A stretch of DNA of 49,280 nucleotides from the NCBI GenBank assembly GCA_026417075.1, contig JAOADY010000045.1:1-49280 (forward strand), given 5' to 3'. The notes under the pieces were generated by a model that saw nothing but the letters and a program-made list of their open reading frames with translations, did no database searches and had not been told where the DNA came from. Position 1 is the stretch's first letter; every line of letters begins with the position of its first letter. The position numbers and the translations under genes are program-made. Source of the DNA: Caloramator sp. Its GTDB lineage: Bacteria; Bacillota; Clostridia; Clostridiales; Caloramatoraceae. Shown piece by piece: positions 17,691-28,827 of this stretch.

Positions 17691-18518
17691 ATGATCGAAA
17701 ATTCAGATATTTTTAAATCCTGTATGAAAATTATACCTTATATTTCATCCTTTTTCGAAGATGACGTTGCCTTTTCAATATGTGACAAAGAAAAATATAT
17801 ATACCTTTATGGTCTTGAAAAATTTAATCTCCATGTAAAAGTTGGAAATAAGATCAGCACTAATGGTTCTGACTATCTGTCCATGAGGGATGGAAAATCT
17901 CACTCAAAATTAATACCAAAGGAAATTTTTGGAACAGAAGTTAAATCAATTTCAACCCCTTTAAGAGATGAAGCTGGAAATGTTATTGGTTGCTTTGCAC
18001 TTATAAAAAGTACAAGCAAGCATCATGATATAATGGATATGTCCCAAAATATTTCAAATGCTCTTCAGCAAATCTCACAAACTGTAAATCATGTATCTTC
18101 AACCATACAAAATATAGTAGAATCTAGCGAAGAAATTCATAAAAATGCTCTTAAAGCCTCTGATGAAGCTAAAAAAACCGATGAAGTACTTAATTTTGTT
18201 AAAACTATAGCAGAACAAACTAACCTTTTAGGACTTAATGCAGCAATAGAAGCTGCAAGAGCAGGTGAAAGTGGAAGAGGATTTACAGTAGTTGCTCAAG
18301 AGATAAGAAAACTTTCTAAACATAGTAGCGAATCTGTTGAAAAAATAAGCGCCATATTAAAAACTATAAACGACTCTATTTCAATAATTGCTTCTAAAAT
18401 AAATAATACAAACGAAGTATTTACAGAGCAAGCAGCTGCCCTTGAAGAGATAAATGCATCTATTCAGGAACTTACTTCCTCTGCTCAAGTTCTTGAAGAA
18501 ATAGCATCAAGATATTAA
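17691..18518 (+). CDS. Soluble methyl-accepting chemotaxis protein
   Basis: [37 protein letters not shown] signalling hairpin; no TM segment. Confidence 0.92.
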   Translation: MIENSDIFKSCMKIIPYISSFFEDDVAFSICDKEKYIYLYGLEKFNLHVKVGNKISTNGSDYLSMRDGKSHSKLIPKEIFGTEVKSISTPLRDEAGNVIGCFALIKSTSKHHDIMDMSQNISNALQQISQTVNHVSSTIQNIVESSEEIHKNALKASDEAKKTDEVLNFVKTIAEQTNLLGLNAAIEAARAGESGRGFTVVAQEIRKLSKHSSESVEKISAILKTINDSISIIASKINNTNEVFTEQAAALEEINASIQELTSSAQVLEEIASRY

Positions 18519-18527
18519 TAACTTTTT

Positions 18528-18556
18528 AAAATACCCCTATTTTTTAGGGGTATTTT
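18528..18556. terminator. Intrinsic terminator
   Basis: AAAATACCCCTA / TAGGGGTATTTT just after the MCP stop. Confidence 0.8.
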
Positions 18557-18668
18557 TATATAAAAAGCTGTATTTGTAATATTGAATATTACAAAAAGCA
18601 ATTAAAATAATAATGCTTAAATTCTTTTATCTTTTTAAATTGAAACATAACTATTAATCTCTTCATTT

Positions 18669-19781
<1,113 letters not shown>

Positions 19782-19874
19782 TTCAATCCCCCATTCTCAT
19801 AATCTAAAGTTTAATCTGTTTAATATTATAATATTACATTCTTTAAAATATTTCACTTTATAAAATCATATGCT

Positions 19875-19917
19875 ATTATATACTATGATAATGTTTTTCA
19901 TTATCATAGTATATAAT
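19875..19917. promoter_or_regulatory. Fur-type box within a 19-bp perfect inverted repeat upstream of zupT
   Basis: ATTATATACTATGATAATG-TTTTT-CATTATCATAGTATATAAT; core TGATAATGTTTTTCATTATCA at 19886-19906. Confidence 0.75.
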
Positions 19918-19940
19918 TCATCACTAGTGGGGGCTATATT

Positions 19941-20750
19941 ATGTGGAAAAGTTCAGTATCTATTGCATTTTTACTAACATTATTAGCAGGTCTTTCAACA
20001 GGTATTGGAAGCGCTCTTGCATTTTTTACTAAAAAGACAAACAAAAAATATCTATCCATATCCTTAGGATTTTCAGCAGGTGTTATGATTTATGTTTCCT
20101 TCGTTGAGATACTTCAAAATTCGAGGGATATGCTTGTAAAGGAAAAAGGAATTATACTAGGAAATTGGATATGCGTATTATCCTTCTTTGGAGGAATGTT
20201 ATTAATTACACTTATTGATAAATTCGTTCCATCTTTTGAAAATCCCCATACTGTTCATAAAGTTGAAGATATTAAGGATATCGATAGCAATAGCCAGCTT
20301 TTAAAGTTGGGAATAATGACAGCTGTGGCAATTGCAATACATAATTTTCCTGAAGGTATTTCAACCTTTGCAGCATCATTAAAAAGTATTCATCTTGGGC
20401 TTCCTATTACAGCTGCAATTGCAATACATAACATACCAGAAGGCATAGCTGTTTCAATGCCTCTTTATTATGCAACAGGTAGCAGGAAAAAAGCTTTTTT
20501 ATATTCATTTTTATCTGGTCTTTCAGAACCCATCGGAGGTTTAATAGGATATATATTTCTTTTAAGATATTTAAACAATGTTACCTTTGGAATAATCTTT
20601 GGAATCGTCGCTGGAATAATGGTTTTTATATCCTTTGATGAGCTTCTACCAGCAGCACAAGAATACGGAGAACATCATCTATCAGTTTATGGACTCATTT
20701 CCGGAATGGTTGTAATGGCATTAAGCCTTCTGCTTTTTACAAATTGCTGA
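19941..20750 (+). CDS. zupT: ZIP family divalent metal transporter
   Basis: LGFSAGVMIYVSFVEI, AIAIHNFPEG, IHNIPEG, DELLPAA. Confidence 0.92.
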   Translation: MWKSSVSIAFLLTLLAGLSTGIGSALAFFTKKTNKKYLSISLGFSAGVMIYVSFVEILQNSRDMLVKEKGIILGNWICVLSFFGGMLLITLIDKFVPSFENPHTVHKVEDIKDIDSNSQLLKLGIMTAVAIAIHNFPEGISTFAASLKSIHLGLPITAAIAIHNIPEGIAVSMPLYYATGSRKKAFLYSFLSGLSEPIGGLIGYIFLLRYLNNVTFGIIFGIVAGIMVFISFDELLPAAQEYGEHHLSVYGLISGMVVMALSLLLFTNC

Positions 20751-20953
20751 TATTTTTTAATATTATCATAGTAAGTATTAAACATGTTTTAATATGGAAT
20801 AATATGTCTAAAAGGGGTATGCTTTTTCTCTTTTATAACATAATCTATTACATAATTCCTCGATTCAAAACTCTTAGAATAATCAAACGAAGGAAACATT
20901 CCCATATTTTACTTCTACCTAAAAATACAATAATTCTACAAAAAATTTTATAA

Positions 20954-20971
20954 TTTAACACAGATTTAACA
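20954..20971 (+). promoter_or_regulatory. PhoP-box-like direct repeats
   Basis: TTTAACA at 20954 and 20965 (11-bp period), third copy at 21004, upstream of a Na/Pi symporter. Confidence 0.6.
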
Positions 20972-21040
20972 TTTATATAATATAATTAAATATTGTGTGG
21001 TTATTTAACACAAAGATAACATCAGATATGGGGGAGTTGT

Positions 21041-22660
21041 ATGAATTTAAAGATGATTTTCCTGCTTTTAGGAGGACTCGGTCTTTTCGTTTACGGAATG
21101 AAACTTATGGGAGATGGTCTTCAAAAGGCAGCTGGAGAAAAACTAAAAAAAATACTTGAAACCATAACAAGCAACAAAATTTTGGCTATACTTGCAGGTG
21201 CAGGTGTTACAGCAATTATTCAAAGTTCTAGTGCAACTACAGTTATGACAGTTGGCTTTGTTAATGCAGGACTTATGAATCTTTATCAAGCAGCAGGAAT
21301 TATTATGGGTGCTAATATCGGTACTACAATGACAGCACAGCTTATAGCCTTTAAACTTACTGATGTTGCTCCACTTATATTATCAATCGGTGCTGGACTG
21401 GTTATATTCTCAAAGAAAAAGAAAAACAAAGATATAGGAGAAATAATATTAGGTTTTGGTATTCTATTTGTAGGCATGTCTTTAATGGAAACTTCTATGA
21501 AACCTTTAAGTTCAAACGAGAGTTTTAGAAACCTAATATTAACCCTTGGTAAACACCCTATTATGGGCATTTTAGTAGGTCTTGGAATGACAGCTACAGT
21601 TCAAAGCAGCAGTGCAACAATAGGTATACTCCAAACCCTTGCAGGTATTAATGCTCTGCCTCTTAGTGTTGCCCTTCCAATACTTTTTGGTGATAACATA
21701 GGAACTTGTGTAACAGCTCTTCTCGCAAGTATAGGTACAAACAAAAATGCCAAAAGAGCTGCACTAATTCATGTAACATTTAATATTATAGGAACAGTCA
21801 TATTTATGATTGCATTTAAACTAGTTTTATATATAATACCTTTATTTGGAGGAAATATAAAAAGGCAAATTGCAAATGCCCATACTTTATTTAATGTAAC
21901 TAACACATTTATACAAGCTCCATTTATAGCAATTCTTGTACAATTTGTAAACAAACTCGTTCCTGGAAAAGACGAAAAAGAAGATGTTATGGTACTTAAA
22001 TACCTTGATTCAAGGCTTCTTGAAACACCATCAATTGCTGTTGGTCAGGTTATAAAAGAACTTGTAAGAATGGGAAAACTTGCATCTGATAACATAACAA
22101 AAGCTTTTGAAGCTTTCATAAATGAAGATGAAAAGAAAATAGCACAGGTTCAAGAGGTTGAAGAAATTATTAATTTTCTCGATAGGGAAATTACAGCCTT
22201 TATGATTTCACTATCAAAAACATCTCTCTCAGATTATCAATCGAGCATTGTAAGTTCTCTTTATCATGTTGTAAACGACATTGAAAGAATTGGAGATCAT
22301 GCAGACAACCTCTCTGAATTTGCTCAATATAAAATAAACAAAAAGCTTAATTTTTCTAATGCAGCAATACAACAGCTTAACGATATGATAAGCACAGTTA
22401 AAACTGCCATAAATTTAAGTATAGATGCATTAGAAAACTTTAATTTTGATTCTGCAAAAAAAGTATTAAATATAGAAAACGAAATCGACTCAATGGAAAA
22501 GCAACTCCGAAAAGATCACATAGAAAGACTAAACCAGGGAATTTGTTATCCCGCAAGCGGTACAGTTTTTCTTGATATAATAAGCAATCTTGAAAGGGTT
22601 GGAGACCACTGTACAAATATTGCACAGATGGTTCTTGATTATGATAGTGAGAAAAAGTAA
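21041..22660 (+). CDS. Na/Pi cotransporter family protein with C-terminal PhoU domains
   Basis: Two QSSSAT repeats, GANIGTT / GDNIGT, DIERIGDH and LERVGDH. Confidence 0.93.
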   Translation: MNLKMIFLLLGGLGLFVYGMKLMGDGLQKAAGEKLKKILETITSNKILAILAGAGVTAIIQSSSATTVMTVGFVNAGLMNLYQAAGIIMGANIGTTMTAQLIAFKLTDVAPLILSIGAGLVIFSKKKKNKDIGEIILGFGILFVGMSLMETSMKPLSSNESFRNLILTLGKHPIMGILVGLGMTATVQSSSATIGILQTLAGINALPLSVALPILFGDNIGTCVTALLASIGTNKNAKRAALIHVTFNIIGTVIFMIAFKLVLYIIPLFGGNIKRQIANAHTLFNVTNTFIQAPFIAILVQFVNKLVPGKDEKEDVMVLKYLDSRLLETPSIAVGQVIKELVRMGKLASDNITKAFEAFINEDEKKIAQVQEVEEIINFLDREITAFMISLSKTSLSDYQSSIVSSLYHVVNDIERIGDHADNLSEFAQYKINKKLNFSNAAIQQLNDMISTVKTAINLSIDALENFNFDSAKKVLNIENEIDSMEKQLRKDHIERLNQGICYPASGTVFLDIISNLERVGDHCTNIAQMVLDYDSEKK

Positions 22661-22881
22661 AAAATTTATAATTAAATAAAAATATTTTAAATGGGGCTAT
22701 CGCACTAAGAATAAGCACTACAATATATTGTGTGAAAATCTTTTAGTATGACAGCTCCACTTTTTTATAATATTTTCCTTAATTAAGCTATTAATTAAAA
22801 TAGATAATAAAGAAATTTAAACATAATAATATCATAAATAATTGTATAAAATATATTATATACGCTTTGAAAAGGGTGACA

Positions 22882-23661
22882 ATGTTGAAAAAAAGAATTA
22901 TATTTTTAATATTAATATGTTTAATTATGTTTTTTATTAGTTGCAATAAAAAGGAATCTGATAATAAAACAATTAAAAATACACCTCAAATATCAAACAC
23001 TGTACAAAAAGTTAAGACTGGCAAAAAAACAGATAACATAACTTTTGACAAAGTAATTTATCTTACTTTTGATGATGGTCCTAGCAAAGTAACTTCAAAA
23101 ATCTTAGACATATTAAAAGGGAAAAATATAAAGGCTACATTCTTTATCGTAGGTAAAGAAATCCCCGGGAATGAGGATATTTTAAAAAGAATATACAGCG
23201 AAGGACACAGCATAGGCCTTCATAGCTATTCTCATAACTACAAAAAAATCTATTCAAAGAATGAAATATTTATAGAAGAGATGATAAAAACCCAGAAGAA
23301 TATTAAAGATGTAATTGGAATTTCACCAAATATAATAAGGTTTCCAGGTGGCAGCAAGAATAATCTTGATGCACAGCTTCTTAATAAACTTCATGATTTA
23401 AATTTTAAAATATATGATTGGAATTTATCTGGAGAGGATGGAACTAACCCTTCTGCTAGTCCCTCAACTATATATAAAAACGCTACAAAGTTTAAAAATC
23501 CTCCAAAGAAAATAATACTTCTTTTACACAGTGGCAAAGTTAACAAAAACACAATAGGCGCTCTTCCCAATATAATAAAGTATTATAAAGATAAAGGATA
23601 TACATTTAAAGTTATAGACAAAACTACTCCAGAGTATATTTTTAAAATAAAGAAAAAATAA
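22882..23661 (+). CDS. Polysaccharide deacetylase (CE4), probable lipoprotein
   Basis: LTFDDGP, HSYSH, RFPGG, LLH motifs; signal peptide ending FISC. ATG at 22882 (track start 22867). Confidence 0.9.
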   Translation: MLKKRIIFLILICLIMFFISCNKKESDNKTIKNTPQISNTVQKVKTGKKTDNITFDKVIYLTFDDGPSKVTSKILDILKGKNIKATFFIVGKEIPGNEDILKRIYSEGHSIGLHSYSHNYKKIYSKNEIFIEEMIKTQKNIKDVIGISPNIIRFPGGSKNNLDAQLLNKLHDLNFKIYDWNLSGEDGTNPSASPSTIYKNATKFKNPPKKIILLLHSGKVNKNTIGALPNIIKYYKDKGYTFKVIDKTTPEYIFKIKKK

Positions 23662-23712
23662 TTTAAAACCTTATCTTCCTGATTGAGCTTATTTTTCGCT
23701 GCATAAGCATTT

Positions 23713-23774
23713 TATAATAAAAGGACATTCAAAGTCCTCTTATAGAATTAGACGATGAATGTCCTTTTATTATA
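23713..23774. terminator. Bidirectional terminator between deacetylase and galE
   Basis: TATAATAAAAGGACATTCA / TGAATGTCCTTTTATTATA perfect 19-bp arms. Confidence 0.7.
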
Positions 23775-23783
23775 TTAAAATAA

Positions 23784-24770
23784 TTATTTTTTATATCCTT
23801 CAGGATGGTTTTTATGCCACTTCCAAGCTGTTGCAATAATATCTTCAACGTTAGTATACTTAGGTTTCCAATTAAGCTCCTTTGCAATCTTTTCAGAACT
23901 TGCGATTAAAACTGCAGGATCCCCTGCTCTTCTCCCTGTAACTTCTTTATTAATTGTAATTCCTGTTACCTTCTCAGCAGATTTTATTATCTCCTTAACC
24001 GAAAATCCATTTCCATTTCCAAGGTTATAAACGTTAGATTTCTTGCCTTCATAAAGTGCCTCGAGGGCAAGATAATGTGCCTGTGCAAGATCGTTTACAT
24101 GTATATAGTCTCTAACACAGGTTCCATCCTCCGTTGGGTAATCCTCTCCAAATATTTTAATTGAGTCTTTGATTCCAAGGCAGGTCTTTAAAACCAAAGG
24201 AATAAGATGGCTCTCAGGATTGTGATCTTCTCCAATATCTCCATCCTCATCAGCACCACAGGCATTAAAATATCTGAGGGCTATATATTTTAAACCTAAT
24301 ATCTTTGAATAATCCTCCATAGCGTTTTCCATAATAAGCTTAGTCTTTCCGTATATGTTAGTCGGGTTTTTAGAAATATCCTCAGTTATTGGTATTCTCT
24401 CAGGCTCTCCATATACAGCTGCCGTTGATGAGAACACCAGTCTTTTAACATCGTTTTTTAGCATTACATCAAGAAGGTTTAAAGTACCCATAACATTGTT
24501 TTTATAATATTTTTCAGGCTTTTCCATAGACTCTCCAACAAGGCTGAAGGCTGCAAAGTGTACAACTGAATCTATAGAATATCTTTTTATTGTATCCTCC
24601 AAAAGTTCGCTGTCAAATATATCTCCCTTAACAAATACTCCCTGCTTTACAGCATCCCTGTGCCCCGTTGAAAGGTTATCATAAACTACAACGTTTTTGC
24701 CCATCCTTTGAAGAAGCCTTACAGTATGTGAGCCAATATAACCCGCACCCCCTGTTATAAGAACGTTCAT
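23784..24770 (-). CDS. galE: UDP-glucose 4-epimerase
   Basis: GGAGYIGSH, FSSTAAVYG, YGKTK, LRYFN, DGTCVRDYIHV. Confidence 0.96.
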   Translation of the reverse strand: MNVLITGGAGYIGSHTVRLLQRMGKNVVVYDNLSTGHRDAVKQGVFVKGDIFDSELLEDTIKRYSIDSVVHFAAFSLVGESMEKPEKYYKNNVMGTLNLLDVMLKNDVKRLVFSSTAAVYGEPERIPITEDISKNPTNIYGKTKLIMENAMEDYSKILGLKYIALRYFNACGADEDGDIGEDHNPESHLIPLVLKTCLGIKDSIKIFGEDYPTEDGTCVRDYIHVNDLAQAHYLALEALYEGKKSNVYNLGNGNGFSVKEIIKSAEKVTGITINKEVTGRRAGDPAVLIASSEKIAKELNWKPKYTNVEDIIATAWKWHKNHPEGYKK

Positions 24771-24789
24771 TTTTAACCCTCCTTACATT

Positions 24790-25950
24790 CTAACCTAAAA
24801 ATTTAACACCATCGCCTATAACACTCACATAAAAGCTTGGGGTAATTTTAGTTTTATTTGAATAATAATTTGAAACATAATCTTTAAACTCATCTATTTT
24901 CTCATTCTCAACAATAGCAATAGCACATCCTCCAAAACCTGCCCCTGTCATTCTCGCACCTACGCATCCTTTAAAGCTTTGAGCCGCCTCAACTATTGTA
25001 TCGAGATGAAATCCTGTTACCTCATAATCTTCCTTTAAGGACTTGTGGGAAGCATTTAAAAGTTTCCCAAATTCTTTAATATCTCCCTTATTTAAAACTT
25101 CAACCGCTTCTAAAACCCTGTTATTTTCGCTTACAACATGCCTTGCTCTTCTAAGAAGCGTTTCATCCTTTATTAAGCTTAATACATCTTCAATTTTCGC
25201 CTCACAAAGATTTGAAATCTCTTTGCTTTGTCTTATAATCTCAAGGGCCTTTTCACATTCTGCCCTTCTTTCATTATACTTTGAATCAGCAAGTTCCCTT
25301 TTTTTGTTAGTGTTCATAATAACAAGGCTGTATTTGTCCATAACAAAGGGTATATATTTATAATTCAGGCTGTTGCAGTCAAGAAGAATGGCACTGTTTT
25401 CCCTTCCCATAGCAACTGAGAATTGATCCATAATTCCACAGTTTACCTTTATAAATTTATTTTCAACTTCCTGACACATAAGGGAAAGTTTAACTCTGTC
25501 TATATCATTTTTTAAACTTGCATAAAGCATCATGTATCCTGTTAAGACTTCAATTGCAGCAGAGGATGAAAGCCCTGCCCCATCTGGAAGATCCCCTACA
25601 TAGAGTATATCACAACCTTTAAGAGTATATCCCTTTTGTAAAAGGTACCTTATAACTCCCTTAGGATAATTTCCCCATCCGTCCTCACTTTTATATTCTA
25701 TGTTTTCATTAAGATTAAAGGTTACATATTCAGGAGCATTTAAGGATTTTAATCTTACAGTGTTATCATCTCTATATCTTAACGCCCCGTATATTCCAAG
25801 GCTTAATGCTCCCGGGAAAACATATCCACCGTTATAGTCTATATGCTCTCCTATTAAGTTTACCCTACCCGGTGAAAAAAAGCAAAGTACTTCTCCGCCG
25901 TTTCCAAAACTTTCACAAAACTTTTCTTTTAAATAATCTAATTTTATCAT
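24790..25950 (-). CDS. galK: Galactokinase
   Basis: PGRVNLIGEHIDYNGG, GAGLSSSAA, CGIMDQF, GARMTGAGFGGC. Start ATG 25950 (or 25968). Confidence 0.96.
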   Translation of the reverse strand: MIKLDYLKEKFCESFGNGGEVLCFFSPGRVNLIGEHIDYNGGYVFPGALSLGIYGALRYRDDNTVRLKSLNAPEYVTFNLNENIEYKSEDGWGNYPKGVIRYLLQKGYTLKGCDILYVGDLPDGAGLSSSAAIEVLTGYMMLYASLKNDIDRVKLSLMCQEVENKFIKVNCGIMDQFSVAMGRENSAILLDCNSLNYKYIPFVMDKYSLVIMNTNKKRELADSKYNERRAECEKALEIIRQSKEISNLCEAKIEDVLSLIKDETLLRRARHVVSENNRVLEAVEVLNKGDIKEFGKLLNASHKSLKEDYEVTGFHLDTIVEAAQSFKGCVGARMTGAGFGGCAIAIVENEKIDEFKDYVSNYYSNKTKITPSFYVSVIGDGVKFLG

Positions 25951-25957
25951 ACTATCC

Positions 25958-26923
25958 CTACCTTTCATAAGCTTCCCTTAAAGTTTTAGCAGTTTCTTCA
26001 ACAGATAACGGGTTGCATGCAGCCCATGCTCCCATCTCCGATGATGCATAGAACTTTATCCTGTTCTTATCTCTAAGGGGTGGATAAAATTCTATATGAA
26101 AATGATAATAATCCTTTGAATCCTCATATTCGTTACAGTTTACAGGGGTTTGATGTATGCACATCATATAGGGAAAGAGTCTGTCAAAGAGTTTATCAAA
26201 GGCACCAGTAATTCCCTTTAAAATTTCAGCAAGATGAAGTTTTTCAATATCAGTAAATTCAGTAAAATTGCCTTTATGGTTTTTGCTTACAATAAATACT
26301 CCGTATGGATAATCAGTAAAAAATGGTATATACGCAATAAAGCTGTCGTTTTCAGCAATTACCCTTTCTTTAAATTCTTTTTCTTCTCTGTTCATATCGC
26401 ATATCATGCATCTTCCTTTTTTACTGTAGTATTCCTTGCAGCTATCAAGCTCCTCCTTTATCTTAAGAGGTAAAAAGGAATAGGCATAGAGCTGTCCATG
26501 GGGATGAGGCATTGTAACTCCAACCTCTTCTCCTCTGTTTTCAAATTCGAATATGTACTATATCTTTTTATCCTTTGAAAGTTCCTCATATCTTTCGGTC
26601 CAAAGATTTATCAGCTTCACAATATGCTCTATCGAAAGCTGCGGAAGGGTTTTATTGTGCTCTGGGGAATATAAAATTACCTCACATTTTCCGTAGTTTT
26701 CCGCTACCTTATAAAGCTCGCTTCCTTCAACATCAGGTTTTTCAGGATTTAAAGTTAAGGCTGGAAAGTCGTTGTTATAGCAGTAAACATCATAGTCATC
26801 GGGAACTTTCCCAGAGCCTTTGCAAAATGGGCACCAGTCCTTTGGCATATTAGGTCTTTGCTGCCTATTTGAGGCTACCATAGTCCATGTTCTTAAAAGC
26901 GGATTCCATCTTAATTCTGACAT
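25958..26923 (-). pseudogene. galT: Galactose-1-phosphate uridylyltransferase interrupted by one in-frame TAG (26558-26560)
   Basis: MSELRWNP...CPFC...KKI*YIFEFENRGEEVGVTMPHPHGQ...; both ORF-track pieces are in the same frame, 321 codons in total, HPHGQ active site intact. Confidence 0.85.
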
Positions 26924-26954
26924 ATAAACTCCTCCTAAAATCAATTTTAAGTGT

Positions 26955-28169
26955 TTATTTTTGAGAACCTTCAAATAAATCATTAAGTATTAAAGTAGCA
27001 GCACCTATAATGCCGCAGTTTTCATTTAAATAAGAAGGAAGTATTCTAACCCTTTGTGAAAGATGTTTCATTGATTTTCTATGGGCTGTATCGCAAAGAG
27101 GCTTTAATACAAAATCACCTGCCCTCGCTACTCCTCCTCCGATTATTATAAGATCGGGATTTAATATGTTTATTAAATTTGAAACTGCATAGCCTAAATA
27201 GCTTCCTACATCATAAAGAGCATCTAATGCTAATTTGTCATTAAGCTTTGCAGCTTCATAAATAATCTCTCCGGTTATTTTTGACAAGTCATCTCCTATA
27301 AGTTTTGGAATTATACTCTCCTTTCCAAGATTTATATCAAGCATAACCTTTTTTTCAAGGGCAGTGCCTGAAGCCATAACCTCAAGGCAACCAAAATTTC
27401 CACAGTTGCACTTAGGACCGTTTTCAGCTATGCTTATATGTCCTATCTCTCCAGCACCATATAAGCTCCCCTTATAAATTTCTCCATTTATAACTATAGC
27501 TGAACCTATTCCGCTTCCAACGTTTATAAATACAAAATCCTTTGCTGATTTTGCATTTCCAAACCATTTCTCTCCAAGTGCCATAACCCTAACGTCATTG
27601 TCTATAAGTACAGGCATTTCAAATTCTCTCTCAAATATATCTTTTATTGCAACATCTCTCCACCCAAATTTAGGTGCATATATAGATATTCCCGCATCAG
27701 GGTTTACAATTCCATGCACTCCGATTCCTATCCCTAATATCTTGTTTTTAGCTATATTACTTTCATTTAAAATGATATGAACTAATTCAATAATACTTTT
27801 TATAACGCCATCTTTATCTATTGAATTTCCATAGGAAATATCTATGCTCTTTATTATTTCTCCGCAAAGATTAATTACTGCTGCCCTTGCCCTTTTAAGT
27901 CCCATGTCAACGCCTATTGCATAAAAGGCGTCCTTGTTTAGTTCAAGAAGTATTGGTTTTCTCCCTCCGTTTGAATCTCCGATACCTGTTTCTGTAATAA
28001 TCTTTGCCTCTAATAATATGTTTACATTATTTGTTACTGTAGCAGGATTGAGTCCTGTGAGTTTTGCAATATCAGCCCTCGATATTGGCCCTTTTTCCCT
28101 TATAACCTTTAATATAGTTGATTTGTTTATTTCTCTTATAAATGCCTTATCCGCAGTTTGAAAATCCAT
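26955..28169 (-). CDS. ROK family transcriptional repressor
   Basis: N-terminal HTH ISRADIAKLTGL, GGRKP, DNDV, GAGEIGH, CNCGNFGCLE. Confidence 0.93.
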   Translation of the reverse strand: MDFQTADKAFIREINKSTILKVIREKGPISRADIAKLTGLNPATVTNNVNILLEAKIITETGIGDSNGGRKPILLELNKDAFYAIGVDMGLKRARAAVINLCGEIIKSIDISYGNSIDKDGVIKSIIELVHIILNESNIAKNKILGIGIGVHGIVNPDAGISIYAPKFGWRDVAIKDIFEREFEMPVLIDNDVRVMALGEKWFGNAKSAKDFVFINVGSGIGSAIVINGEIYKGSLYGAGEIGHISIAENGPKCNCGNFGCLEVMASGTALEKKVMLDINLGKESIIPKLIGDDLSKITGEIIYEAAKLNDKLALDALYDVGSYLGYAVSNLINILNPDLIIIGGGVARAGDFVLKPLCDTAHRKSMKHLSQRVRILPSYLNENCGIIGAATLILNDLFEGSQK

Positions 28170-28179
28170 CTTTTCACCT

Positions 28180-28307
28180 TACTTTATTTAATGATTAAAT
28201 TATGTATATAAAATTATAACTTTTTCTCAATAATATTATACCATTAACCTCATCAATTTCAAAATATTTTAATGTATTTTTAACATACTTTATTTAATCA
28301 TTAAATT
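28180..28307. promoter_or_regulatory. Paired operators of the ROK-gal operon
   Basis: TACTTTATTTAATGATTAAATT (28180-28201) and TACTTTATTTAATCATTAAATT (28286-28307), 21 of 22 identical, palindromic core TTTAAT-S-ATTAAA. Confidence 0.7.
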
Positions 28308-28827
28308 TACTTATAATAAGAAATCTTAATAATATTTTCCCATTTCTGTAATCTCTTGCTGCAAAATATTACTATAAATTTCTTTAAATCATCAGTGAAA
28401 TTTTTTAAAAGCTCACCAATATTTATAAGAGTAATACATAAAAACCTTTTATCAGAAATTAATAGTTAAAAAATTTTAAGTGCAGTAGCACGTTATTTTA
28501 CTTAAATTTGCCCAAAATTATTATAGATTGGTTATTCCCCTATTCTTACCAGAAATTATTATAGAAAAAATTTGCATAATAAAAACATCCTTTCTTATAA
28601 TAATTTTGATACAAGTAAAAAAGAAAGGATGCTAATGAAATAAGTAAAAGTTATTTAAAATAGTTACTCACTTATATTAATAAAGTACAATATATATCCA
28701 AAAATCAATAAATTAAAAAAATAAATTTTAATTGCTTTTTATTTCTTACAAAATCTTTTTGAGTATTTTATATTTATTATTATAGTTTAAGATTTAAAAA
28801 CTCATAATTTTATTATATTTTTGATAC

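Noticed and set aside
23713-23774. GGACATTC/GAATGTCC hairpin as a member of the RAYT motif family
   Set aside because: Lacks one core base and the third C; position between convergent genes fits an ordinary terminator.
24790-26560. Genome-wide TAG reassignment
   Set aside because: TAG terminates galK, galT, GDPD and others at the expected protein ends.
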